Assembly: GCA_030324005.1 (NCBI GenBank)
Contig: JARDVH010000154.1
Location: forward strand, 4,128,362-4,192,361
Origin: Negaprion brevirostris
Taxonomy: Eukaryota
Length of the DNA: 64,000 nucleotides
Direction of reading: 5' to 3'
The notes beneath the pieces were generated by a model. That model saw nothing but the letters and a program-made list of their open reading frames with translations, was not told where the DNA came from and searched no databases. Positions 12,630-26,661 of this stretch are shown in pieces; position 1 is the first letter of the stretch, and the number at the start of each line of letters is the position of its first letter. The translations under genes and the position numbers were made by a program.

Positions 12630-13328
12630 GGTGGTATCATGTTTCTTTGTCTTGTTGGAGCTGTACTCAAACAGGCAAGTGGAAAGTACCCCTTCACAGT
12701 CCAGACTTGCACCTTGAAGATGGTGGACAGGTTTTGGCAAATCAGGAGATGAGTTATCCACCATAGGATTCTTAGCCCCTGCCCTGACTTGTAGCCACAG
12801 CTTATAGTCAGATAGTCCAATTCAGTTTCTGGTCAATGAAAACCCCTGGCATGTTGATAATTTTTGTTTATTTGCTCATGCGATATGGGCATCACTGGCT
12901 AGGCCACCATTTATTTTCCATCCCTAATTACCCTTGGGAAGCAGATGCTGAGCTTTAATTTTGAACTGCTGCAGTACTTGTTGAGAAGATACACCTACAG
13001 TGCTGTTAGGGAGGGGGTTCCAGGATTTTGGCCCAGCAACAGTCAAGGAATGGCAACATGCTTCCAAGTCAGATGTGTAGCTTGCAGAGGTCCTTTGTGG
13101 GTGCTGGTGTTCTCAGGGAGAATTCAGCAATGATAATGCCATTGGATGTCAGGAACCATGGTTAAATTCTCTCATGCTGTAGATGACCATCGCCTTGCGC
13201 TTGTGCGGTGCAAGTGTTTCTTCCCACTTGGCAGCCCAGGCCTCCATGTTGTCAAACGCTTTTTTGTGTTTGGACGCAGACTGCGTCAGTAGTGGAGGAG
13301 TCGGGAATGGTGCTGAACATTACACAAT
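12630..13328 (-). mobile_element. family A LINE fragments (minus), with a second 3' tail nested at ~12865-13130
   Basis: Reverse complement of the family A ORF2 end (FKVQV..KGYFPLACLSTAPT) and of its 3' tail. Confidence 0.7.
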
Positions 13329-13546
13329 NNNNNNNNNNNNNNNNNNNNNNNNNNNNNNNNNNNNNNNNNNNNNNNNNNNNNNNNNNNNNNNNNNNNNNNN
13401 NNNNNNNNNNNNNNNNNNNNNNNNNNNNNNNNNNNNNNNNNNNNNNNNNNNNNNNNNNNNNNNNNNNNNNNNNNNNNNNNNNNNNNNNNNNNNNNNNNNN
13501 NNNNNNNNNNNNNNNNNNNNNNNNNNNNNNNNNNNNNNNNNNNNNN

Positions 13547-14600
13547 CACATTGGTCAAATGTTGCCTTGATATCAAATGATGGAAAGTGTCATCAACAAT
13601 CCTAAGATGCAATATTTGCTTAGTAATAACCTGCTCGCTAATGCTCAGTTTAGATTCTACCAGGATCAGCCTTTGTTCAAACATTGTCAAAATAGCTGAA
13701 CTCCATAGGAAAGGTGAGAGTACATGACCTTGACATCAAGACAGCATTTGTTTATTGCCGATTGCACAAGGCCATTCGTAAATGCAACAAGGCCTTGACA
13801 ATAACCAGGCCGGAGCTGCCAAATGGCCAGTAACATTCATGTCTCAGGTGTTACAGCTAACGACTATCTCCAATGAAACAGAATCTAACCACCACAGCTT
13901 AACATTCAATAGCTTTGCCTTCGCTGAATCCTGCATTGTCAATATATTGGGGTTACTGTTGACCAGAAACTGAACTGGGCTACTTCCATAAATATTGCGG
14001 CTACCACAGCAGATCAAAGGCTAGGGACCTTGCGGCGGGTAACTCACCTCCTAACTCTCAGAAGTCTATACACCATCTATAAGGCACAAGTCAGGGAGGT
14101 GATGAAATACTCCCCACTTGCCTGGATGAGTGCAGCTCCAACAACACTCATGAAGCTCGATATCATCCAGGATAAACATTCTGCATGATTGGCACCCCCT
14201 GGACAAACATTTACTCTCCCCACCATCTATGCACAATGGCTGCAGTGTGTAGCATCTACAAATTGCATTGGTAGAGCTCAGCAAGTCTCCTTAGACAGCA
14301 CCTTTCAAACCTAAGACTGCAGTAATCCAGAAGGACAAGATCAGCAGATGTTTGGGAACACTACCACCTTGTAGTTCTCCTCCAAGACACCCACCACCCT
14401 GATGTGCAAATATATTGCCATTCCCTCACTAACGTCGGGACAAAATCCTGGAACTTCCTCCCTAATACCATAATGGGTGTCCCTACAACAGTGGTCTGCA
14501 GTGTTTCATGAAGGTGCCACCACCTTGTCAGGGGCAATTGAGGATGGACAATAAATGCTGGCCTAACAAACGATTCCCACAGCTCACAAATGAATATAAG
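13547..14600 (+). mobile_element. family A LINE 3' portion
   Basis: TACACCATCTATAAGGCACAAGTCAGG..GAAATACTCCCCACTTGCCTGGATG and tail GGACAATAAATGCTGGCC. Confidence 0.85.
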
Positions 14601-14659
14601 AAAGGTTTACAGATACAGTGAGGGCTATTAAGTTATTAAGTGATTTAAACACTGCATTG

Positions 14660-15510
14660 TGAATCTTAAATTTGAGGCGTGAAGGACTCAAATAAAATGT
14701 AAAAATGTAAATCACTGAAGGTAGGGTTGATGGGTTAGTTTGACTGGCAGCAAGACAGCAGGATAGTCTTGGAGGAGCAAGAGACACTGATCTTGAGAAT
14801 GATGCAATGCCGTTCTAAGGTGACAAACGGGTGTACTAGATTTGCCACGGCAGATAGGCAAAGAAAGGATTGTAGGAAGATGCTAAGAAAAGTTAGATAG
14901 GTTTTGTTGTTGCAAGTTTATCAGATTGAACGCACTGGGTCAGACGCATAGCCAAAATTTCGAAATAGTTGCCAAGCCGAGGGCGGAATGGTGGCCAAGA
15001 AACAAGTTGTGGCAGGTGAAGACAATACCAACTGATTTCTCAAGTCTATAAGGAGGGTAGGATTCTTCCAAGACTGTAGACAGTCTGAAAGGGCAAAGTT
15101 AGCGGAAGGGTTAAGAGATGTAGTGGATAAGTAATGTAGGGTGTTGAAGTGTTCAGGTGAAGCTCAACCTACGCCTGCAGATGATACCACCAAGGAACAC
15201 ACGCAAATGCTGAAGATACATACTTGAGGCAATAGTGCGGGGCGAGGAGACAAACCATTGTCAGACAAGTTTTGGCTCCAACCAGTTGGGGAAGAGTGGA
15301 ATCAAAGGCAGGTAAGTCCTCTTGCGCTAGACAACAGAAGTGACACTAAACAGAATGAGTCAAAGTCTGCATAGATTTTTAGGAGAAACAAAATATCGCT
15401 GTCACATAATTGCCATTTGGAATGTTGGATAACTCGCTGCAACCCTATGGTCGAGAAATAATTGCAGAGATTCCAAGAGGGGATTGAACTGGGGATGACA
15501 CGGTTGAAAA
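14660..15510 (-). mobile_element. highly decayed L2 LINE RT region
   Basis: Minus strand gives remnants resembling GDIIRRHG.SFH.YADD near 15190-15130, plus L2-like 3' sequence. Confidence 0.45.
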
Positions 15511-17204
15511 AAGGTTCACGCAATGTTTTATCTTTTTGGGTAGTAACCTGTGCATATTTGTGGCATTTCTCTGAGACATTCATATTTTCAATCAGTCCAT
15601 TTTACATCTCTTTGAAACGTTAACCAACCATTGTTTAAAGCAGGAGGACTACAAAACAAAAAGTGACAACAGAATAAATACCATACCCAGGCTACAGAAC
15701 GGTCCATTTTGATTAACGACATTTCTACATCTTCCTTGCTCGGATCGCTGGACTTATTTCGAATCTTACCTAACGGATCGTGGTAAGCTGTTAAGAATCT
15801 GTCACGTTATAAATTGCAGACGGTCTCGCGGAAGGAATGGACTGGAGGGGGTAAATACTTTCTTATTACATAAGGTTCTTTGCGGTTAACAACGTCAAGC
15901 ACGATGTTCCAAACTGAAAATCAGCATTTATTGACAACATTCTTAATGCATTAATTTCATTCGTCCCGTGAATACTTCAATTTCAATAAACATAACGGCG
16001 AATCTATTTAACGCATTTATTTATTTGAAATTGCATTATGGCGTTGTGCAGCCATCTCAGTTGTAAATAGAATGGGGCCTAAGTTGCTTTCCCACTGAAC
16101 CAAGGCTTTCAACAAATAAATATCAACGTTTTAGGATCAAGACTCTTAAGGTTCAACATTGGGATTGGAAATGGAAATGTCATCAAAAATCAAGCATTTT
16201 TTTTCTGCGTATCTTCGTCAAAACCAAGGACACATGATTAGCATGCACAGTGGATCACTTAGTACTAAGTAATTAGACAGTTTGAATCACGTAACTGTCA
16301 GTTCTGTTGGGTTGTTATAAGTAGCACAGGCTTCCAAAACACCGCTTCGGGTAACTATATTAATTTATTACATGTTGTAATTTATTTGAGCAAGATTAAA
16401 AGCTGCAATATTCATCCTGCCAGCACTTTGTTCATTCAAGGTCACGGTGCCGATTAATTCCAAACCAAATTCCATGTCAACAAATAAAGCATAACTGGCC
16501 AAAAAATAAGTACAGATGAAAAAAATGCAAAATATAGATGGCAAATTTCTCTACTCTTTTTGGCTGAAATCGATTTCGACCTTCCCAGTTGGAAATCTGA
16601 TTAAAACAATAAACAGAATTACGTATCTTCATCATCCAATGTTTTGATCTAGTGTAAGTCCTTGTAGGTATTAGGGAATGTCAGTGATATAAGAAACCCA
16701 ATTTCTTAATGCAGAAAATATTCAGATTGTGTCCCTTCTTCTGAAGGGACCTTTCAGCTTCTGTAGCATTTCTATACTTGCACCTATACTGGTCGCCACT
16801 TAGCAATTTTTAACATGCCCATCTGCCGTTAAAACTAATATGGAACTTTGCACGAATATGTTGTAAGGAAGGACATATTCTCATGATTTAAAACATCAGA
16901 TAATGTAACTATAACAAAACTGTGCCTCAAAGCAGCCTCATTTTTAAATACAAAATTCATAAAGGTACTAATTGAAATACTTTTCGCAACTAATATAATG
17001 CCAGATGGGTTTTAAATAGAAATAACACGGCAAGCATCTGTGAAGGGATGACCACTTACTTGTGAGGTATCTGGCCTAATGAAGGAATTGCAAGCCAATA
17101 TGTCATCCTGTACATTTCTCCCAACTCTGCTGTGAAATTCTAGCATCAGACTTATTAACCTGATCCTGTCCTGAGCCCGAAGTTTCTTCAGAAAGGCTTG
17201 TCTG

Positions 17205-17620
17205 GAAAATGGAATATTTCCTATTTACCTGGTTATGGGGAGCCATTGAAGCAGTCAAGAAACTTTGCACCATCCAGGGAAGAGCAGGGATTGGCTATCC
17301 TTACCACCAAGTTCAACAGCAATCATCATCCTATTATTGGTCCTGCAGCAACATAACAATCTTATGTGGACAACTCCTCTCAACCTCGACAGCATCACAT
17401 GGAGCAGGAAGTGCAACTTCCTGGTAACATCACCTGCAATTCACATATCATCCTGATCTACAAACCGAGTCTAGAATGTTCACTTCCCCTTGGTTTTTAT
17501 AGAACAGGATTTATTCCTAATACAAGTATTTCTTAAGTACTAGATGGGACTGCATCCTTAGCAATAATGGAGCCCGTAAACGTCACAAAGTACTTTCCTG
17601 GGACATAAATGAACATCAAA
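17205..17620 (+). mobile_element. decayed family A LINE 3' fragment
   Basis: MEYFLFTWL..KKLCTIQGRA is a degenerate MEYSPLAWM..KKLDTIQDKA. Confidence 0.6.
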
Positions 17621-17729
17621 TCACATGGTGGGATACTAGGACAGATAATCAAAACATTGGTTAAAAACGTCGGTTTCATGGATAAGTAGGTGGTAATGGA
17701 GGGAATTCCAGAACATACAACATACAAAT

Positions 17730-18425
17730 AATGAGGAGCAAAGACATTTGGTCCATTTAACCGTTCCTGTGCAATTTTGGTATACTAGAATGATAACATA
17801 GATACTTTCTATGCCACATTAACCACAAGCATCTCCTATGAGAGGCGGAAAACTAAAAATGACTTAGATCAGCTGTTAATCAGCCTAGGAAAAAATGAAA
17901 ACTTCATCTCTGGCACCTTAAGTAATTGGAGCTAGGCTAGGAGATCAGTGTGGTCCTGATCCTTCTATACAGATCTCTACACCCACAGATCTAGAACCTC
18001 TTGTTTGAAAAAGAACTTACCAAATTGGATGTACAGCGCTAGCAACATCTTCTAATAATTCTACAATCAGCTCAGTAAAGGAACACCGCATGGCATTTAA
18101 CCTAAATCTGGCCGTATATAACTTAAAATTTTAACCAATTGTACTCATTAACCTATTGGAACAACCTGCCGACCCAGTGTAATCTATTTCCTTTCGTCAT
18201 CTTACACATTTACACCGGACCACCCACTAAGTCTAAGTTTCTCTCAGGTTCATAATCCTAGCTGTTGTAATTCCTCTGGTTGACAAAAAATATTTTAAAC
18301 TGAAGATACCCTAGTGGTTCTAATTTATCGACTCTCCAAAGCCCCAATATCACTCAGCATGTGAGGGGACCCAATTTGAATACAGAATTCAAACTCAGGC
18401 CTGATGAAGGTCTTGTACAAGGCCA
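17730..18425 (-). mobile_element. very decayed CR1 3' fragment
   Basis: Minus strand TTGTACAAGACCTTCATCAGGCCTGAGTTTGAATTCTGTATTCAAATTGGGTCCCCTCAC reads LYKTFIRPEFEFCIQIGSPH (cf. LY..LVRP.LEYCVQFWSPH). Confidence 0.55.
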
Positions 18426-21400
18426 CCATTTATTTAGCTATATGTAGTTGACAGATCGCAAAACAGAAAAAGAACATGGAATGAAAAAAATATTTTGACA
18501 ATTAAAACTTTCAGGTTTGATATGTCACTTTAAAAGAGAAGTCCCCTCTTCTCTGCTGAAACTGGAGAGCAGAACTTCTTTCGCATGCCTAAGTTAAAAC
18601 CGCTGAAGACACCGTCATGGCTGTAGCATTTTAAATATGAAATACAACCTGTGGAATGCTACTTGACGCAATGTCACTGCAAAAGTATCCAAAGCTCACA
18701 GAAAATTCCTTTTACTAACCTGGTCGGCAACCAAATAGCCAGGAAACTATAGATATTAAAAACCAAGCCATACTTAAAATATTGATAAGTAAATGGATAA
18801 TAAGGATGAATGTATCCTGGATATTGGACATACAGACGACCAGCTGGATAGGTATACGTTACATTTTAGTTAAGGTTCTTACATTTGCTACGAGTTGACA
18901 CTGCCGCATTTACCCTAATTTTAGACAATAAGTAAACTTGCTTCACTCAACTGTTATTAAAAGCAAATGTGTTCTATTTATTTCCAACCCTTTTCATACT
19001 TGTTAAGATTCTATTTCTAAATTCGGCTATTCTTTTCGGTTATAAAATTTACCCTAGATGTGGCGTTGCCAAGCCATACGTTTTAATTTTCCCCACGCTC
19101 ACCCGTACTTTTCAGCCTGTCTTTCGTTAATAGTCCCCAAATCTTCAACTATATTTCCTATAACAGTTAGATGTTAGAATTAAAAAGACAACCAGTCATT
19201 TCATGTTTAGAAAAGTGCTCTTCCGGTGTGCTCATCTTGCAGGAATTTGTAACTTCGCCATCTCCTTGTGTGTTTTTTTATTCAGGGTGATTTATCTGTA
19301 ATGGGAGCTAGTGTCGATTGTTAGTTTGCAATGATGGATAGTCTGAACTCACGACACTGACAAAACATCAAGTAGTAGTGTATGTAAATTGGGTGCCAAC
19401 ATCAAAATTATGCTGTCTGCTGAAGCTTTCAGTCTGTCTACAATTAAATTTTAGAAACAAACAAGTTGCATATACTTAAACATGCAGTCAAGTCATTGAA
19501 ACTCCTAAAGAGGCAGCTTTACAACAATTGAGCTGAACTATCGCTGCAGTCATATATTCTTTTAAAATTACTGCTTATAATGCTGACTTATCGTCAGCAA
19601 GCACGTGCAGCTGCAAAGTGATATATGATTTCCAAGATTCATGCATCAATTATAGAATATGAGCTTTAACCCTCCTCGCTCTCCATTCTACACGCCTCTT
19701 AAACAGTTTTGGTTTTATATCCAATATCTCATATCCATTATTTTGACAATTGTATGGTTTCCTCCCTTGAATATATTTACTGTTGTTGAAACTAACACCA
19801 TGTTTGCTATGTTAGAGTATATTTTCTGATTAATTATCATACCTAGAGAAAGTACTATACATTTCATGTAGGTAATGATTGATTTGTCAGCTTTACATTT
19901 TACCATTATCATTACATTACATCAAAATGCGTGCATTTAGTGGAGCACTTTGTTTCTAACTCTGTGATTGGATTTTAAAAATGTTCAATTTCTTTATTTT
20001 ATGCGAAATTAGGTTGCTCACAGAATGTCAAAAACATTCTGTATGAATTTTTAGCCCCTTTCTGACGAAAACTCAGTCACAGACTTCTGGAAGTGAGAAT
20101 GTTAAAATGCACCAGAACTGAAAACAGCAATATGTTAATAATAGTTACGGATTTTTCGTGCGTTCAACAAAACTAATTAGAAACGCAAGGCTGAATTATA
20201 GTTGAATGCATTCGCCATCGGATTAATACAGAATTAAAGAAACGCAATCCATTTTATAAAAACTAGTAACCAAATCAGGGCAATCTAAAAACATCACATC
20301 AGAAAAATACAGAATTTCGGATTTAATAATTGCAATATTTGCCGAAACGTTTCTGAATGGTTTATAGACATTTACAGATATATTAAAAAGTCGTCCCGTG
20401 AAACAACATGATATTTTACGATATTCAATGGCTAAAATGCACATTTAAAACAGAACAAAGAGTTGCCATTCCAATAAGTCAGCAACATTCTTTATTCTAA
20501 CTGGATTTTTAAATTAAAAGGTATATCTGATAAACAAGGGCTTCATATTATAAATGCTATACCCGGGCTTATTTGAAATCATTATATTTTCAGTAATAGA
20601 GAATTTGAATTTAAAATATTGGTTCATTTTACCTTTGCTAATCACAATGCCCGGTTATTTAATGCATTAGAATTAATGTATTAATTGTACATGACAGTCT
20701 TACACAAAGTTCAATTGCAGCCTATATATTGATGTACATTAGACTTGTTAAATTATGTGAAAAATAAATGCTCACTTGCATTTACAATTAATCACAGGTT
20801 TGTTGACCTAAAAGGTTACGTGTTTCTAATCAAATGCAACATAGTGGCTGAATGTGTGTGCGTTTTATACATTGTGCTGGTGATCATTAATTTGTCTTTT
20901 TGTCTTCGGGCGAAAAGCGGAAACAGGCATTTTGGACGTGTTAATATGTCGCAATAATTTCCTGAAATTGAAATTGGGGTCGAGCATTCGCAAAACCAGA
21001 TCGTATATTTCAACTAAACAGTTCAAAATACTTTTAGATGCAATTTCTCATCAAGGTGCATTTCCCATTCAAGTTACTATAGTGAGTATTTTTGAGGGTT
21101 TTCATTAAACCATTTCTAGTTCTGTTTGCATTTGTCTTTAAAACTAGTAAACTTATTGAACTAAAATAAGATCGGCTGCTGCCTTCTGAGCATTTTCGTC
21201 AACCAACGTCGTTTTTCTTTGCAATTTCTTAACAATTATACATTTTTCGGTCTGGAATTAATTAACAAATGTATGACCGGATGTCTGTGAGAAATAAAAG
21301 GTATTTCCTAAAAGTGTTACAGCCATTTGCGAAAACAACATGGATTGCGTCACAAAGAGATCGCTGAAAGCTCAGATTTACCTTTGGAATTTCTAAATGT

Positions 21401-24400
21401 CGCTGGCAAGAATTGAAAATGCAGAAAATTCTAGATTTATTTGCAAAATTACACATTCTGTTTATCAAAACTATCAAAGCGATCCTTTTGGTGAGGTTGT
21501 AATTTAGCACGGCCTGTTCAATTCAGAACATCAAAAGCTTTGGCGCGCTTCCTTTTTGCATCAGAATGTTCTTCTGGCAAATGTAACTGCGCAACGCATA
21601 ATCTAAATAAACTTTGGTACAAAAAATAACTTGAACCAACAGTTTGCTGTTTTATTCTTATCGATCACAGCACAGTATTTTACTTGGAACAGACTCTAAT
21701 GTTCATGTTAGTGGTCCGTTTATATCCAAAGGAATGGCAGCAACTGCAAAGCCCTGAAGTCCTCGCAGTCCTTTTTCTCATTCAGATACAGCAGACCAAG
21801 TTATGACCTCATTAGCTCAAAGTTTTGCTTTATTCCCCCTCATTAATTTTAGAACTTATCTTAAAACATCCACCTTATCATCCCATCGCTTGGGCAGCAA
21901 GTACTTACTGCACTAGCCAGAGGACTTTCTGTTCCTTCCTGAGACCAAACCGTTGTCGGGGCCGCGGCGCTCCGTCTGATTGTTAACCTTGCCTTTCAAG
22001 TTCAACTGCAAGGTCATAGCTGGACACAAAGGAATGGCTAGCACGAGCTGCAAGCACTCCTCAACTTAATTACTTTCAATGCAATTGAACTTGGATTTCT
22101 GCCCTCCTCCCCCAGTCCCACAACTCCCCTCCCCCCACTAGAAAATGAGAGTGCAAGTCAGAAGCAGAATGCCACTTCTGGCCTCGTTGTTCTGGCCTGT
22201 CCTTCTTCGGGTAATTTTCTTACTCCTGACTAATGGGAAATTTTACGTTCGGGTGCGCGTAGAAATCCGATAGAAAGTAAAGCCTCAATTCGCCGTCGGC
22301 GCACTTGAACTTGAGTTACGCCTGCCATTTCCGAACACTCACGAGGAATATTATTGTTTTGCGCCGAGGATTAGAACTAATCCCGCTAAGTATGTGTTAA
22401 TCGCCTGGATGTAGTTTTTACTTTCGTAATGTTTTAATAAAAAATGCAGGGCTAAACAGTGAACTCAGAAAGCTATTTTGTGGTTGGCTCTTTTGCGTCA
22501 TGTGATGGTTGCAAAGATTTGAAATTACTTTTGTGATTTCGGGCTCTTTATTGCCATGCTTGAGTTAGATCCCCTCACACACCAGAATATTTTCAAAAGT
22601 GACCTTTTCACAATTCCACTGAAGTCGAAACAACCTATTAAAATTTCAAAAGGACGCGTGATAGCTTCACTGGCCGGGTGCATTATAAATAAGATATTGG
22701 AGTTTACTGTGAGAAGTGTAAACAAAACATTTCCTAAATATGGATTGTGTAATTGATTTGATGGTCACTTCTCTCATGTTTGCCGGTAGCTTCCTATGTG
22801 TTAGGCTGTTTTGTCATAGCCAGGTGGAAAGTCAAACATGGAACGTAGAAAATATTAATGTTCTACTGAATAGCTCCATGATAAATTCCTAATTCTTTGA
22901 ATGAAAACATTTTATTTATTTTCTTTCAGTCCATAATACCCACGCATATTTTCAGAAAGACACGCTAGCCCGGTTTTTGCAGAGCTCAGCGCTAACACAA
23001 GAATCTAACATAAGTGCATAAAATTTTTAAATAACTTGTAAAAAGGAGCGCTATGCAAATGGCGCACATAGGCGCTAAAACGCGTTTGCTTATCGGAAAG
23101 TTAAGTATATAATTTCCCAAATTAGAATTCAATAACTATTTGCAGCTTTTACCTGCAATTTATTTTATGATAAACTTCTGTTCATTAGAGTACTTGTGTG
23201 GCGGTTGCGTTCAGAAGTCAAAGCCTATGATCCTATATATGATTGAGGAAATCTATGACTCTATATATAATAGGACATATACCATTATTTACATACCTTA
23301 CTGTATATAGGTAATATATCGCATAACTATGTGTTAAAAAGAATGGTGAATGGCTTAAAACATGCTAAGATTACTTTTAGTATTTAATTGCCTCATTTGA
23401 AACCTTTAAAGCGGAAAAGCTGCTTTCACATATTTAAAAATAATAATGCCGCCAATAATACTGGAGGGTCGTGTATCCAGCGTAATGTATAAAACTCATA
23501 TGGTTAAGTGAAGGTTACTGATGCATATTTATGCGGAATTAAACTATTTGAAGCCCCCTTTCTCCATCGAGTCAGCATATTCAGTTCTTTGACCGCACCG
23601 CTATGAGTGAACTTAGTTCTCTGCAAAGAAATAGTTTTGGGTTGATAATTTTTATTTTGTACAAAAGCTGAGCTGAATTAGCCAAGTTCACACATTTAGA
23701 TTCTTCCCGGTGCGGCATGTGCGCATTCACAAATGAGCTCAGTAAATTCTCTGAACATTTTAATGAAAATATCCTTACAAGAAGTTAAGTAGTTTGTGCA
23801 TGGTCAATAATGGAAAATCAATACTTTATCACAAGGCTTTTAAAATCAACGCCTAGTTGATGCACAACCAGCAACCGGACAATCATTTCTGCTTGTGACA
23901 TAGTTAATGTTGTAGTAGGGAAGCCAAACTTGGCCTATATGCTGTTGATACCAGTACAGAACCCGGTTACAGTCAGTTATGTGACGGTACGCAACAACAA
24001 CTTCCCGTTTGCTTGTGTGCAGTTTCTTCAGTCTGTCGTGGCCTATTGGTGGAGCACGTCTCACTGTACTTACATCTCACTGTTCTCGTGATGATTACTT
24101 ACTCAACTGGAAACATTCCTGGTGTTAGATAACTCAAACACATTTTGCATTAACATCACCTTGCTGAATTGTTCTAAACTTCCTTTAGATTTACTGCAAC
24201 AAGCATGTGTAAGCGCGGATTTCCCATCGTGAGAAAAATTATAGTTTGTGCTCAAGAGAAGCATAATCAGGATGTTACATCTCAGGGATATGAATTAAAT
24301 ACAATGGCGGCAAACATTTCTACTACTTCCCGGCCGCTTATACATTTCTCAAAATGTATCTTCAAAGACACGTCAGATGTTTCTCAACGGCCCTAAATTT

Positions 24401-24895
24401 GCTTCGTGCAGTCATAGTGACTTTTTGCATTTTTTAAATTTCCGATTTGCTAAACTTTGGACTATCCGTGCTATTTTTGCGACGTAAATATTTGATTTAA
24501 TAGTGACACCGATTCCACAAGCAACAGCAGCTGCAAATAATTGTACCGAATTGTGTAAGGTAACGCCCGATGATATTTGTGTGTCAGTCCGGTTGGCTTT
24601 GTGTTTGTGTCTGCATGTATGTGTGTGTCCGCCTGTACATGTGCACACAGGCCTGTGTGTGTCGGGGAAATTACCTCGGCACTGGTTCTTCAGATAATTG
24701 TAAGATAATATTTTTAATTAACTGAACAGAGCATTATGTGGGAAGCGCTGTAGACAAACAGTTATTTGTTTTCTTAATCGCGTTTTAAATTTCCTTTATT
24801 TTGCATTATTTCTGCACGAGTTTTGTACAAGTTCATCCGACATGTTTAAACAAAGACTGACCATGTAGGCAGCAGTACTCCTGTTATGGAATGAT

Positions 24896-24915
24896 TAGCC
24901 AGGAGATGGCGCACT
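24896..24915 (+). promoter_or_regulatory. CTCF-binding motif
   Basis: TAGCCAGGAGATGGCGCAC matches the CTCF core CCASYAGRKGGCRS at 13/14 positions. Confidence 0.65.
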
Positions 24916-25012
24916 TGTTCTACTCATGATAACTGCCAGATCACATCACCGAAAACCGTTCGATTATTCATGAGCAGCTAGACGTCATGATCATTGGCGA
25001 ATACGCACGTGA

Positions 25013-25037
25013 CTGTCAAGGTCAAGGTCAAAGGCTA
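25013..25037 (+). promoter_or_regulatory. DR0 nuclear-receptor element (NR6A1/GCNF-type)
   Basis: TCA-AGGTCA-AGGTCA-A-AGGCTA; perfect DR0 at 25019-25030. Confidence 0.6.
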
Positions 25038-25521
25038 ATCAATACGATTTGAACTAAGAATCCAAAGGTTTTCGCAAATACTCAGTTACAAAGTCATCTT
25101 CACCCCACTAAATCCATACAGCCCAAGAAGCACAATCCAAACACATCCAACACGTTGCACAAGCAAGCACTTTCTGTGTCCCTATATCAATAAACGTGTA
25201 AAAGTAATTCTTTAACATTGTGCCACCAAACTGATAGTTCATGATGAAGTAGAGTGGCAGCTTTTTCTAGATGGAGACAGGAAAACCTTTTGTCAACTAA
25301 ACACTTCTTTGATTGAATTTCAAGTTCAGTAACTTCTGTTTGAATTCCGAGAGGCTGATGGCATGAAAACACGAATAAGTGGACTTGTCCGCATTTTCTT
25401 TCTTAAATTGATGTCATGCTAGATTATGTGCACATAAATACAGAGAACCAAAAGGTTGGGGACGGGTGGGGTGGCGTGGGGGAGTGGGGGAGCCTGTCTG
25501 GAGAGAGTTTGCAGCAAAATG

Positions 25522-25527
25522 TTTATT
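25522..25527 (-). terminator. candidate HoxB13 polyadenylation signal AATAAA (~1.1 kb 3'UTR)
   Basis: TTTATT on + strand at the end of an AT-rich UTR-like stretch. Another AATAAA lies near 26222, so the assignment is uncertain. Confidence 0.4.
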
Positions 25528-26661
25528 GGTTTTAAATTGTTGTATAAACCAGACACTATATTTAAAGTGTGAAATCCAGGAAAGATGAAGTTATATGCGT
25601 GATATTGTCCGGCTTCAGACAGTATATTTTCCCAGTATGTTTTCTTTCATTCATTCACTTCCTCCTGTTCAATAAGCAGCAAGTTATCTCGTGATATACA
25701 CCCACCTAATCTCATTTTGTTTCTCCGAGTAACTTACTTTAAAGTCAAATGGAAAAGATTTTCTGATTGCAAACGTAATTAATAGAGTCGGAGCTATATG
25801 CTTCCAGAGTTAGGATTTATCTCAACCTTAAATTTTCAACGCTCACTTTGTGATTAAATCATAATATTAAATTAGAAGTTAATCGTTGCTTGCAAGTGCA
25901 AAATGGTTACCAGCATCGGTTTATCTTTTTTTAAATCAAGCTTGCATAGTTAACATTAATTTATATATTTTAGATGATAAAGCACTAAACGTTAAATACA
26001 ATTTCACCTTTACGCGAGTGCTGGTTGTCACCTCTTGCGGTTAATATCAGTAATATCATCAGGTCATCGGTTTCTCATATATTATATGAAATATGAAACA
26101 TGTTCTATACCAAATAAGTCTATTATTACTATCAGTAAATGGATATTAAATGAATGCATGAGCATTCCCTGCTAAACACTATTGAACAAAATTAGTATAG
26201 TCGCAAAACATTTAATCCTTTTTTATTATTATTAATATTTTCCCTCAACCCGTTTTGCTTAAAAACAGCGTTTAGGCGGTTCTACTGCAGTCATGCCGAA
26301 AATCGACAGTTTAATGCGTAACCCAAACAAAACATAAAAAATAGCTTCTACACCAGTCAGACATACTTTGCATATCTTCACTAAACAAAACTGATAATAA
26401 ACAGTGATGTCGGTATGGTTACAGAGTCGTTATAATTAAATTTACATTCTGACCACGTATTTTAGTCCATTTTAATGGTATCCCATAACAAATCCTCCAT
26501 TACAGTATTAAAAGGAAGAGGACATGTTAGCATTCTGCAGACAGACTCCTTAAAAGAAGTGTGCAGTTAAACCCCGTCGGTCACAAACGTCTTTCGCATC
26601 TTTGTGATTAATTTCCGCGATTGAACAGTTTCAATTATCTTTTTTTAAAAGATAGTAATAA

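Noticed and set aside
20816-21013. ORF containing KYTIWFC
   Set aside because: No other homeodomain residues in register.
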